The notes under the pieces are model-generated. The model had not been told where the DNA came from. It did not search any database and was given only the letters and a program-made list of their open reading frames with translations. A stretch of DNA of 64,000 nucleotides, from the NCBI GenBank assembly GCA_043228905.1, contig JBHGNT010000014.1, positions 7,006,001-7,070,000 of the forward strand, given 5' to 3'. Made by a program: the position numbers and the translations under genes. The DNA comes from Azolla caroliniana (Eukaryota; Plantae; Polypodiophyta). Of this stretch, positions 13,785 through 26,300 are shown piece after piece; position 1 is the first letter of the stretch, and each line of letters starts with the position of its first letter.

Positions 13785-16700
13785 ACGTAATGATGATGGC
13801 TTATCAATATGCCTTCGGGGGCATGCATCACTTCGATCCCGAGGAAGTAATGAAGGTCTCCATGATCCTTCATTTCGACACCGGTGATGACTAAATCATC
13901 AACATACAGTAGAAGGCTAACCGGTCCATATTGACCTTGCCAAACAAATAGTGAAGAGTCTGATTTCGATGTCATAAACCCCATCCTACGCAACTGTTGC
14001 CTAATCTTCACGTTCCAGGCTCGCGGGGCTTGCATTCTTTGCCGTAGCCACGGATAGCAAAACAAGCACGGTAGTCATCTTTGCGACATGCGCGAAGGTC
14101 TCGTCGTAGTCCACACTGTGCTTTTGCGCGTAACCTTTCGCAACTAAACGAGCCTTGTATCGATTGACAAAGTTGTCGGTGTTGTATTTCACTTCATACA
14201 CTCACCTGCATCTGATCGGTTTAACAACCTTTGGTGTGTCAACCAAGTCCCAAGTCTCATTGTCCGTTAAAGCGCGCATCTCTTCCTCCATCGCGGCACG
14301 CCAATTTGCGTCTTCCGCCACTTTTGCTTAGCTGTCCGACTCACGGACTTCCACCACTTGCATCATGTACGCATAATGGTGTGCCATGTACTCATTATAC
14401 CTGTACCTTTTTACGGGGTTCTTCCGGTGGGTAGGTCGGCGTAATTCAGAATTACCCGATTTCACTACCTTTTCGGCTACTGTCGACCTCTTCCGTGGAG
14501 GTTCCTTTTCAGTTTGCTCGTAGTCAAACTTGCTCTGATCTGACTCGGCATTGTTGAAATTGTACTCCGACATCTTTTTCTTCCTTTTCTTCTTGCGCGT
14601 AAACCGTCTCCTCGGTTCTTTACGCGGGGACGTCACAACTGAGTCTTCACTACTCGTCGTCTCTTCATTTGGTTGGCCATTTCGGTCCAACCCCCTCATT
14701 CGGCCTACTCAGCTGAAATGACGTCAGTCTCTCTCTTAGACCTTCGATATCCTCATCATGCGAAGGCATCTTAGCTTCGCTGACTTCTTCTTCAGAATTC
14801 AAAATGGAGTCCTGAGGTAGTGGAAGGGAAGCCAAGTACCACGAAGCGGACTCGTCGAACACGACATCTCGACTTACACGCATTACCTTTGTTCGGGGTT
14901 GATAACACTTATACCCCTTTTGCTCGTTTGGATAGCTGACTAAGATGCACTTTTCGGCTTTGACGTCCAGCTTCCTCCTCTTTTCCTTCAGCATATGCAC
15001 ATATGCAATGCTACTGAAAATCCTCAAGTGTGCCAAGTTCGGCTTCTTCCCGAAATACAATTCATGTGGCGACTCTCCTCCATTAGTAGAAGTCCGATTC
15101 TGCAGGTAGATAGCAATCCTAACGGTTTCAGCCCAATAGAATTTTTGCATATGCTTCTCTGCAAGCATTGCCCTGGCCGCTTCTTCGATTGTTCGATTCT
15201 TCCGCTCGGCCATGCCGTTCTGTTGTGGCGTGTATCTACACGAGAATTCGCGTCGAATTCCCTCCTTGTGTAGATAACTTGTGAACTGGTCAGAGAAGTA
15301 ATCCTTCCCGCCATCGGACCATACACATTTGATCTTACGCATTGGTTCCCTTTCCGCAAGGCTCTTCGCCTTCAGGAAACATGCGAAGACTTCGTTCTTC
15401 TTTACGATCGTGTATGCCCACGTGTGCTGAGTGAAGTCGTCAATGAAGGTTACAAAGTAACGGCTTCCACCGAGACTCACGTTCTATGCCGGACCCCACA
15501 CATCCGAATGGATCAAATCTAGCGGATTCCGACTACGATTACACTCGTTGGGGAATGGAAGTCGGTGTTGTTTTCCCATCTGGCAGGATTCGCAGACTTG
15601 GGCATTTCGGGCTCTAAATTTCGGCAAGCCGAACACAATGTACCACACCTCTCTCGATTTCGAGGTGTTCAAGGCCATTAAATTGGCCTTGTGCTTCATT
15701 ACGAAGGTAGGGCCCGATCCATTTCCGGCTTGTTCGGAGCCCTCAGCATAGTGCGATCTTTGACAGCTTCCTGCATCTCTTCCGCTTGATCTGGCTTTGT
15801 CCGAATCGGCTTTCTTTCTCCAACACTCGCTCTCCTTGTGTCCTTTGTTGCCACAATACCAGCATTCCAACGTAGCCTTCTCTTGCCGGCTTCCGGCGTC
15901 GCTATGACTCCCCCTGCTTCCGGAGGGTTCGGAATTGCTTCCGGCATTTTGATTATGCCATCCATTCTGCTCTTTTCGGCCGCCTCCATTACGCGTCGAT
16001 CTGCCTCGTCCACCACGACCATGGGGCCTACCTTCCTCCGTGTACAACATCTTGCCATTAGCATGTGTACTCGTTGATGCACCCGTGTGATTTTCCTCTA
16101 CGAGCAACATTGACTGAAGCTCGAAGAACAAAGGCGTACTAACCCTCGTGCAGACCGCCGTTCGGAAAGCTCCGAACTTGGACGCTAGCCCACCAAGGCA
16201 CACTTGTACCATCTCGTCCTCCTCGACGTTCACGTTGACGGAGGTGAGTGAGTCACAAATTTCCTTGATTTAGGCTGTATAATCGGCCACAGACAGATCT
16301 TTCTGCCGAACATTGTTGAGCTCCTGTCAGAGCTGCAGCTTCTTGGTCATTGTGCTTGTAGCGAAAATCCTTTTGAGATTCTCCCACACGTCCTTTGGCG
16401 TCTTCGCATCCCGAATATAGCTCAATAGCTGGTCGCTCACACAGGATGGAAAGCAGTAGAGAACTCTACTTGCCGCTTGTTCCCAACTTGGAAAGTCTCT
16501 GTATGTCAAATCGGGTGCAACATCATTAGCTCCTTCGACATAACTCCAGTAGCCATGGCCAAGCAAGTAATGGTGCATCTTGTATGACCAAGATGCGTAG
16601 TTGCTCTTGTCGAGCTTCTCTGTGAGTAGCGAGCTTCCCATTCCTTTGTCCATGTTGTTGTCTTATCTTTCCGAAGTAGGAAGAACAAACTCAACTTTGT

Positions 16701-17600
16701 CTTTCTCGCAAGCTTTTCTGTCGGATGCAGAGGACTTCAACCCTCGCGCTCTGATACCATGTAAAAGAATACGTGTGCAGAAGTGTATGCGAAACACAGA
16801 GTACACAGTTCGGAGAATGACAGTTTGGTAAAAAACACAAAAAACGTAGATATGGAGATGGAGAAGGAGAGACAGAGATAGAGGAGACAACTCAGTTCTA
16901 TTTCAAAATAATGACACTCTGTACATACTTCCTACTCAATGAGCACCTTTTATACAAGCCTTGACTATCGGGCTGACACAAGTTCTGACAGTACTTGATT
17001 GCTCATAAATGAACCTACTACACTAACTCCCAAAATTATTCCTTATGAGGAATACCATACTAACGGCCTTTCGGTTTACACACCAATACGCCCATATTAT
17101 GCGTATTGTTTTACGCACCCAGTCTACGCACTGGGTTACGCACCATGTTACGCACCCAATGTTGAGCTTGTCACTCAACACTCCCCCTCAAGCTCAACTT
17201 GAAGTTCCATATGCTCCTCTAGATCTTCAATCTAGCTTCTCCTGGCTTCACACCTTGCCCGCACTCCTCGACCTGTTCGATTCTGCGCTCCTCGACATCA
17301 ACACGAATCTTTGAGAGTGCGTATAGGCCAGAGATGTTGATCTTCTACACATCAACACGAATCTTCAGACAACCCACATCTTTACCAAGGCCCTAGGAGC
17401 CGACAAGCTTCGGAAATTCATGTCAGACCTCGAATTGACGATCCTTGACTTGCCAAGCTTGAGGGGGAGTACAAGTGAGAACCAGATACCTTCCGAACCG
17501 GGTACGAGGCGAAACAGACACTGAAGATTGTTCGAACCAGATACCACCCGAAGCGGACATCAATCAAAAGGAACCGACCTGAGTTGAGCTTGAGGGTGTG

Positions 17601-18069
17601 TGTTGAGAATCAAGCTCAACATAGTGCAACGTGTGAACACACCTTTTGAGAATCCATAATTACGCAAAGGTCAAGAGTGACACCACTACTCTCTACACAT
17701 TAACTATGTGTCATAGAATCATATTCTATGACACATAACTAATGAGTTACATATTCCCCATGACTATGAGTCTTCACATTCCCCAAGAGAGAGAGTGTTT
17801 GTTATAAGTTAATGAAGAGAGAGCGTGACTCTATATAAAGCACCCTCCTCATACTTCATACTAAGTCGGTTGTGACTCCTTGTAATGCTACAGTTTTATA
17901 TCTCCATTCTACTTGTGAAATATACACCTTCTTCTTGAGTATTTTATTTCTCTTGCTTATCTATCTTATGTTCTCTTGTCTCCTCTATTTTTCTCTCTCT
18001 CACACACACAAACACACACATAACACTCATATCTATTCCGTTGCAAAAAATCACCATCCATTCTTTATA
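17601..18069 (+). repeat. 3' LTR of Copia A
   Basis: TGTTGAGAATC start; matches 1055-1522. Confidence 0.9.
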
Positions 18070-19100
18070 GTAACAATGCGCCGAACTCATGGGCCATATC
18101 TGGAATGTCTAGATACTTGAGAACTTCGCTTTCCGCTGTGAGCACTCCTTTGCCGCGCTGTGACTGAGCCGTAATGATCGGATGTGGTTCCCGGTGTCGT
18201 TATATGCTCCATAGGGGCGGAAGTGTCGACTGGTGTGGCTGTGTTTTTGACCAGTCCGTGGCCATCCTTCCGATCTAATCTTCGTCGTTTTGGCTTGGGG
18301 CTTTCTTAATTCTATTCCGTTTCTTGCTCAATTGTTGCTGTTGGTGCTTCCACCAGCCTTGCTGGTTGTTGCGGCTGCAATGATTGTGCTACGGGGTGGG
18401 AAGGTTGTGGTTCCTCTTCCCATTCCGTGGTTGCCAATTCCGATAACTGTCGTTTCGCGGATCGTGGCGGAGGCGTAGGTTTACTGGGTGGTGGGGCGGG
18501 CAAACCGCGAGGCGGAAATAGTATTGTAAGGTATTGTTGTATAATCGTCCTTAGCCTTTCGCTGGCTTGGTATGCATGCATGCCCTCTCTTAGCCTTGGT
18601 CCTGTAATCACTCCCCAATCTACTACATGCCCTTCGAATGTATCAATGATAATGCCTGCCTTCTGTTTCAGCATCATGTACGCGTTGACGTGCACGCAAC
18701 CGACCTCATGTACAAACTTGGCTATTTCCCGAAAGAATGGGTTCAGGATGTCTTTCGTTTTGTATGCCTTGGCTAATACAGAGTATTCCCTAAAATATTC
18801 TTCTAGGGTTTCTGTAGGGGGAATGTCAAAGTGTTTCTCCCCAATTGCAGATAGGTCCAATTTTTTCCGAATGGTGACGTTTGTCACAGTGTCCACGTTG
18901 AGCTATTTCGCGATGTCGAGAGCATCAGGGTGTGATGGTGCCTCGGTGACCCTGATGTACCCCTGAAAACCCTTTTCCAGGAGCCACCTGTGTAAAGTTG
19001 TAGTGATGGGAACCGGCATCGTGGGTGGAAGAGGCTCGTGTAGAATAGGTGAAGCTCTCAAACTACGGTGATCGTGGACTCTGTGGTATGGTGGGGAGCG
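18070..19100 (-). pseudogene. Gypsy 3' extra ORF, proximal part
   Basis: ORFs 18903..19244 and 18312..18896 are in frame across a TAG; downstream of, and on the same strand as, the integrase C-terminus. Confidence 0.6.
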
Positions 19101-19306
19101 AGGAGGGCGAGGAGAGTTAGTCTGTTTTCTGTAGTGTGCAAAAAACCTTCTTTTTCCCTCTCTTTGTGCTCTAGGGTTTATTGGCCTATGTGACATTGTG
19201 GTGCCGTGTGTGCTTGATCTTGAAGTTTGTGCATGCATAAACACCTTTTAACGGTAAAGTACAATATTACTATTACATTTTATTATGCATGAGTCCCAGC
19301 TACTGA

Positions 19307-20098
19307 TTAGTGTAGGGACCTCTCTGCCATGTCAGTTACAACATGAAATGGGTTCGGGGGCGTAGGTCCCAGATAAGGTTTTAATCGGAACCCATTCACT
19401 TTTTGCCAAAGTATAACTCCAGCGAGGGTACCCAATTGGAAGGTGCCATTTTTCGCTCCAACTATCCAATACGGCCATGTCCAGCACAACCGTAACTTAC
19501 CTAGCATTTGACCCATGCATGTTTGAAAGACCAATACGACCTTCCCAATTGCAAAGCATTTCTCCCGTCTGCCCCGATGTCGATCCATGAACGCTTTACG
19601 CCATCGCTGCTCTTGCTCGAGTATGGCCATACTATGGACCCGAGCCTCATCTAATTCGAGAAGTTGTTGTAGTCGTATTTGCTCGGACTTGTCTTCTGAC
19701 AGTCGGTCTCATACTTGAATTCTCAAACTGGGCACCTGGAATTCAATGGGCATTACAACTTTTAACCCAAACGCTAACCGGAAAGGTGTGGACTGTACGC
19801 TAGTTTTGTAACTCGTCTGATATGCCCACAAGGCGCTGTGCAGCTTGGTATCCCAGTCTGTTCTATTCTCATTTACGATCTTTTTCATTATGGTCGGTAA
19901 GGTCTTGTTCGTGAACTCCGCTAACCCATTCGCATGTGGGTAATATGGCGTGCTCTTCTTATGCACTACAACGTAATGGTGTGTTAGCTCGTAGATGACT
20001 GAATTCAGAAAGTGCCTCCCTTGATCATTGATGAGCTCAATTGGGCAATCAAAACGACGCCAAATGTATTCATAACGAAATTTTTCCGTGGATGTCGC
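19307..20098 (-). pseudogene. Gypsy integrase, C-terminal half
   Basis: FRYEYIWRRFDCPIELINDQG, STPYYPHANGLAE, ALWAYQTSYK, GPY-like and VNGFRLK motifs. Confidence 0.9.
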
Positions 20099-20379
20099 CC
20101 ATGCTTGGGTAGAAAAAGCAAATGCGGGAAACGTGGGGCATATGAAGCACAAGTCCGCAAACGACAGTTTGCCAATGAAAGAAAATACATCCTCGCCGGA
20201 TCCCATCTGGCAAGCATTGGCGGACTATGAGATAACAATGACCATGGAAAAGCCTCTCCGACTGGTGCCACAATTCCGGCAGGTCGTGGAAAATCACATA
20301 AGGGGCACCGCCAGATTAGATATATCATCAAATTTTGCGGAGTCTAGTACTGGCCCAATAGTCGTAGATCATGACAATC

Positions 20380-23300
20380 TGTTGAGCGGCAAGCTCAACC
20401 GGAGCCGGATCGGCTGAATAAGCCGAAGCCGGTAAGCGAGACGGATCCGGAGAAACGGATCGGTATGGCGGTGAGCAACCGAACCGGCAAGCAGTGGAGG
20501 CCGGGTGCAATCTGTAACCGGAAGTCCAATCGGAAGCCTAGTATAGGATAGACTACTAGGTAGCTATAGTCTCGTAGTAAGTGTCAGATGCTCGTGTGAG
20601 CATTGAAGTACATGGTACTTCTGTCAGTCCCAAGAGGACTTGTATAAATAGTGCTACTTAGCACAGTGTGTGTACAAAGTCTTGATATAATTTTGAAATT
20701 GTGTTCTGCTCGCTCTGTCTCTCTCTGTCTCTCTCTCTCTCTCTCTCTGTGTTGTTCTCTGTTTTACGCTTCCGCAAACACTTACGTTTACATGGTATCA
20801 GAGCGCGAGGGTTGAGAACCTTTGCTGCAGAAATTTACTCTTGAGAAGAAAACCCTAACAGGTTGAAAACAGACACAATAGAAGACATGGATAGAGGCAT
20901 GGCTACGTCGCTCCCGGTGGAGAAGCTCGACAGGAGCAACTACGCATCCTGGTCTTACAAGATGCACCAGTACCTGCTTGGACACGGGTACTGGAGTTAT
21001 GTCGAAGGAGCGAATGATGCAGCGCCCGACTCGGCACACAAGGACTTCCCGGTATGGGAATAGGCGGCAAGCAGGGTGATGTACTGCTTCGCGTCCAGTG
21101 TCGGCGATCAGCTGCTCAGCCACATCCGTGACGCCAAGACACCGAAGGATGCTTGGGGGAACCTGAAAAAGGTTTTCGCCGCAAGCACCACTGCCCGGAA
21201 GCTGCAACTCAGACAGGAGTTGAGCAATGTTCGACAGAAGAACATGTCCGTGGCAGACTACACGGGCCAGATAAAGGAGATCTGCGACTTGCTCGCCTCT
21301 ATCAATGTTACCGTAGAGGAAGACGAGATGGTGCAGGTATGCCTCGGAGGCCTGGCGTCCAAGTTCGGAGCGTTCTGGATTGCGGTGTGTACAAGGGAGA
21401 ATACCCCCTCATTCTTCGACTTACAGTCGATGCTCCTTGTAGAGGAGAACCACGCCGGTGCATCTACCAGTGCATCCCCGGACAACCGAATGCTGTACAC
21501 GGGAACGGATCGGCTCCGTGGGCGTGGTGGAAGAGGTGGGTCGGCACACAATGGAGGCGGCCGGCAAGAGCAGGAACGGAGGCACTATGAGCGTGCCGAC
21601 AACAGTTCCGGGACTTCCACAAGCAGGGGGAGTCAAGGCGGTGCCGGAAGCCGACAAGACAAATCCGCTACGGAATGCTGGTACTCTGCCAAAAAGGGCC
21701 ACAGGGAAAGCGAGTGCCGGAGAAAGCGTGCCGATTCGGACAAATCCGGATCCGGCAAGACTGGTAAGGATGGCCGGCAAAACTCGCACTATGCAAACGG
21801 ATCAGAAGGATCCGGAACCGGAAAGGCCGGTAAGGGGCCAGCCTTGGTGATGAATCACAAGGAAAAACTCAATGAAGAAGACCACTTCCAAAACGGAGGA
21901 AGTGTGGTATGTTGATTCCGGCGCGTCGAACCACATGACGAGCCACAAAGAGTGGTTCTCCTTTCTGGAGAAACCGGATTAACCAGGAGTAGTCGAAACC
22001 GGAGACGACACTCCTCACCCAATCGTGCACGTCAGAGAAGTCCCTCTAAGCCACGTCGGACAAAAAGGGAAGCTGATGAACGTGTTACACGTTCCGACGA
22101 TCACAAAGAACTTGGTGTCCGTCGGTCAGATTGTCAACCAGGTGATGCAGGTGCGGTTTACGCACCTCAGGTGCTTCATTGAGGATGAGGGCGAAGTCAT
22201 TGCGCAAGGGCGCAGAGACAGGAGGATGTTTATCCTCGACACCAATGACTTTGGCACCGCTCTGTTCACGAAACGACAGAAGGTTGAGTCGGACATCGAC
22301 CTGTGGCACAAGCGGATAGGCCACGTCAACTACCGGAGGCTTCAAGATCTGCAAACGAAACAAGTCATTTTCGGTTTGCCGAAGTTTAGCGGCCGGAGAG
22401 CCAAAATTTGTGAAGCTTGCCAACTTGGGAAGCAACACCGGCTTCCATTCCCCACCGAACGGAACCGGAGCCGTAACAAGCTCGGTCTCATCCATTCGGA
22501 TGTGTGGGGACCGGCACAAAGTGTAAGCCTTGGCGGGAGCCGATACTTCGTCTCCTTCATCGACGACTATACTCGGCATACTTGGATCTACCTCATTGAG
22601 CGGAAGAGCGAAGTCTTCGACTGTTTCCGGAGCCTCCAGAAGATGGTGGAACGGGAATCGGAGAGGAAGATCAAATGCCTTCGGTCGGATGGCGGAAAGG
22701 AATATTTTTCCGGCCAATTCACTAGTTATCTGCAGCAGAAGGGAATTTGGCGAGAGTTCAGCTGCAGATACACACCGGAGCAAAACGGTGTGGCCGAAAG
22801 GAAGAACCGGACACTCGTCGAAGTGGCAAGGGCAATGCTGGAGGAAAAGAGCATGCCCCGGTTCTACTGGGCGGAGGTGGTCCAGACGGCCGTCTACATA
22901 CAAAACCGCATTAGTGACAAGGTGTCAGCTCATGAGCTGTATTTCGTGCGCAAGCCGAACTTAAGACACCTTCGGATATTCGGTAGCATAGCGTATGTGC
23001 ATGTGCCGGATCAGAAGCGGAGAAAGCTGGATGCAAAATCGGAAAAATGCATCCTAGTCGGCTATGCTCAAGAGCAAAAGGGGTATAAGTGCTATAACCC
23101 CCGGACAAAGGAAGTCCGAGTTAGCCGGGATGTCGAGTTCTACGAATCGGCATCCTGGTACTCCGTACCGACTCCGACTTCCGATCCCGACCCAATATCG
23201 GAAGATCAGGCCAGTGAGCCTGAATCAGCCCTGTCAAAGGATGATGAAGCTGGGACTCAAGATGAGAGTCCAGAATCCTTACGGTTGAGTGGACCGAACA

Positions 23301-26300
23301 AGCGACTGAGTCGGATGAAGAGACGGCAAGTGGTGGAGACTCTGCCGTGCTCTCCCCGCGAAAGGAACCAAGGAAACGGTTCACGCGCAAAGAGAAGGGG
23401 AAGAGGAAGATGCCGGAATTCGAAACCGGCAACGATGAGTCAGATCGGTGCGTATCCGACTCCGGAAAGGAGAAAGGCGGATCTTCGGCAACGAAGACCG
23501 AACTGGCCAAGAAGGGCCTCAAATCAGGTGACGGTGCGCTACGCCGATCAACCCGCCAGAAGAATCCCGTCATGTGGTACGGGTACTATGAATACATGGC
23601 GCATCATTATGCGTACATGACTAAGGTAACAGAAGTGCGTGAGCCGGAGAGCTACGCAGAAGCGGCAAAGGACGCAAATTGGCGTGCCGCTATGGACGAA
23701 GAAATGCGGGCACTCGATGCCAACGAAACCTGGGACCTAGTTGATCCTCCCCGTCACTGTAAACCGATCGGATGCAAGTGGGTGTACAAGGTCAAGTACA
23801 ACGTCGACGGTTCTGTTAACCGGTACAAAGCCTGGTTAGTGGCGAAGGGATACGCGCAGACCCACGGAATCGACTATGACGAGACCTTCGCTCCTGTGGC
23901 GAAGATGACGACGGTTCGTGTGGTACTGGCGGTTGTTGCGGCAAGGGGGTGGCATCTTCACCAGATGGATGTGAAGAACGCATTCCTTCAAGGAGAGCTT
24001 GAAGAAGAAGTCTTTATGACTCAGCCCCCCGGATTTCAATTGGAGATGAACGAGTCGGCGGTATGCCGACTGAAGAAGTTGCTTTACGGCTTGAAGCAAA
24101 CCCCCCGAGCCTGGAACGGGAAGATCACGCACCGGTTGCGTAAGCTGGGGTTTGTTGTCTCTAAGTCGGACTCTTCGTTGTTCATCCGACAAGGCTCTCA
24201 CGGTCCAGTATGTATACTCTTGTATGTGGATGATTTAGTCATCACCGGACCGGGTCTTCCCGAAATCAACCGCGTCAAGTCCCAGTTGTCGGACGCATTC
24301 GAAATGAAGGACCTGGGGGACCTTCATTATTTTCTTGGGATGGAAGTGATCCGGACCCCCGACGGCATATTGCTCTCACAACGACATTACGTGTTGAATA
24401 TGTTGTATAAGTTCGACATGACGGATTGCCGACCTGTCTCCACACCCCTGGACCGGAACCAGAAGCTCCGTCCCAACTCCGGACCGGCCTGCAATGAGAA
24501 ACGGTTCCGACAGGTTGTGGGAAGCCTGATCTACTTAACCATCACCCGACCCGACATCAGCTATCCAGTCGGCATGGTAAGTCAGTTCATGCAGAAGCCA
24601 ACCGTGGAGCACCTTCAGTGCGCGCAACGAATATTACGGTATGTCAGCGGCACTAAGGACCGGGGACTGCTATACCGGCGGGGTATACCCGAAGAGCTTG
24701 TCGGTTACACAGATGCTGACTGGGCCGGCGATGCGTCTGATCGCCGCTCCACTTCTGGATACTTGTTCTCCATAGGTAGTGCGGCCGTTGCGTGGAGCAG
24801 TAAGAAGCAGCCCACAGTGGCTTTGTCAAGCACTGAGGCTGAGTACCGGGCCGCTACCGTTGCCACTTGTGAAGCCATCTGGCTTCGGCGACTGCTGCGA
24901 GACTTGTAGATCGAGGTACCGACCCCGATCCCGATTTACTGTGATAACATGAGCAGCCTGCAGCTCGCCAGGAACCCTGTGTTCCATGCTCGCACAAAGC
25001 ACATCGAGGTGCACTACCACTTCGTGTGTGAGCGGGTCCTGAGCGGTGAAATTAACCTATGGTATGTTCATACGGATCGGCAAGTTGACGACATCTTCAC
25101 CAAGCCGCTCGGATCGGACAAGTTGCAGCACTTTACCGACATGCTTGGTATTCAGCATCTCGACGTGCCGCACTTGAGGGGGAGAAGCAAGGGCAAAGTC
25201 TCTATCGAAACAGGCAAAGGCAAAAAAACTGTTGAACCCGTCGGTAAGAGGAGAGCCGGAAGAAGAGGAGACAAGAAGATGAAGGAGCCGAGTCGACGAA
25301 GGAAGTCGACACATCCGAACAGGTCGAAGCAAGCGGCTGTGAAGAAGAGTTGTGCACTTTGGAAGAGAAGTGCATGCTGTGCGGAGGTCATCACGACGGT
25401 ATTGACCATGATGCGGAGTCGAATGAAGAATTCGATTTCGGTTCACCGGCTGAAGAAGCCGAGGGAAGCATGGAGAAGGCCAAGACTCGGAAGTGGTCCG
25501 ATGTGGTGAGAGGCCTGAAGCCGGAAGTCGAATCGGAGTGTACCGATTCGGACAAGAGCTGGAACGAGTCGGAGACAACTGACTCGGATCAACAGATGGA
25601 TCCGGATGAGTCGGATCGACTGAAGGCCATGGGGACATGGACACAGCGGAAGTCGATGCCATCGTGGGAGAACCGACGGATCGGCAAGCGCCGGAGTCAC
25701 AACAACGTGAGTGCTGAGATGGGCCTATTGAGCAGACATGCCGACCGAGAGGGTCGAGGTGCGCAGAACCAAAGGGGTTGCGGCAAACAGAACCGGACCG
25801 GGGAGGAGCGCGAGCAAGGCGGAGTGACGCCAGAAGAAGTCGGTTGGAAGAACCGACTGCCACAGAGGTCGACACTACGACCCCACCTCAGGTTGAGCTT
25901 GAGGGGGAGTGTTGAGCGGCAAGCTCAACTGGAGCCGGATCGGCTGAATAAGTCGGAGCCGGTAAGCGAGACGGATCGGGCGAAACGGATCGGTATGACG
26001 ATGAGCAACCGAACTGGCAAGCAGTGGAGGCCGGGTGCAATCTGTAACCGGAAGTCCAATCGGAAGCCTAGTATAGGATAGACTACTAGGTAGCTATAGT
26101 CTCGTAGTAAGTGTCAGATGCTCGTGTGAGCATTGAAGTACATGGTACTTCTGTCAGTCCCAAGAGGACTTGTATAAATAGTGCTACTTAGCACAGTGTG
26201 TGTACAAAGTCTTGATATAATTTTGAAATTGTGTTCTGCTCTCTCTGTGTCTCTCTCTGTTGTTCTCTATTTTACGCTTCCGCAAACACTTACGTTTACA
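20380..26300 (+). mobile_element. Full-length Ty1/Copia element F
   Basis: LTRs 20380-20792 and 25910-26300; TSD CAATC on both sides; PBS TGGTATCAGAGC at 20793; PPT GAGGGGGAG. Confidence 0.97.
20887..25200 (+). pseudogene. Copia F gag-pol with a few stops and frameshifts
   Basis: ORFs 20863, 21076, 22025, 23347 and 24949 cover gag, INT, RT (LYVDDL) and RNase H (YTDADW, TEAEY). Confidence 0.92.

Larger units (their letters stand above)
9024..16653 (-). pseudogene. Copia C gag-pol (stops, deletions, split by D)
   Basis: MDKGMGSSLLTEKLDKSNYASW gag; CWYCGNKGH knuckle; INT 14665..15480; RT LLYVDDL; RNase H WSSKKQ...TEAEY. Confidence 0.9.
8128..17180 (-). mobile_element. Ty1/Copia LTR retrotransposon C (antisense inside A; hosts D)
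   Basis: LTRs 8128-8548 and 16760-17180; reverse-complement Met PBS GCTCTGATACCA ending at 16759; PPT complement CTCCCCCTCAAG at 8549. Confidence 0.9.
1055..18069 (+). mobile_element. Ty1/Copia LTR retrotransposon A (degenerate; hosts B, C and D)
   Basis: Paired ~468-bp LTRs; Met-type PBS TGCTATCAGAGC at 1523; gag-PR-INT-RT fragments 1690-8127; RNase H tail at about 17366-17470; PPT-like sequence before 17601. TSD probably GTAAC, with the left copy damaged. Confidence 0.9.

Noticed and set aside
26260-26300. N-terminus of the 405-aa ORF
   Set aside because: It derives from F's LTR; the real Gypsy frame continues from 20379.
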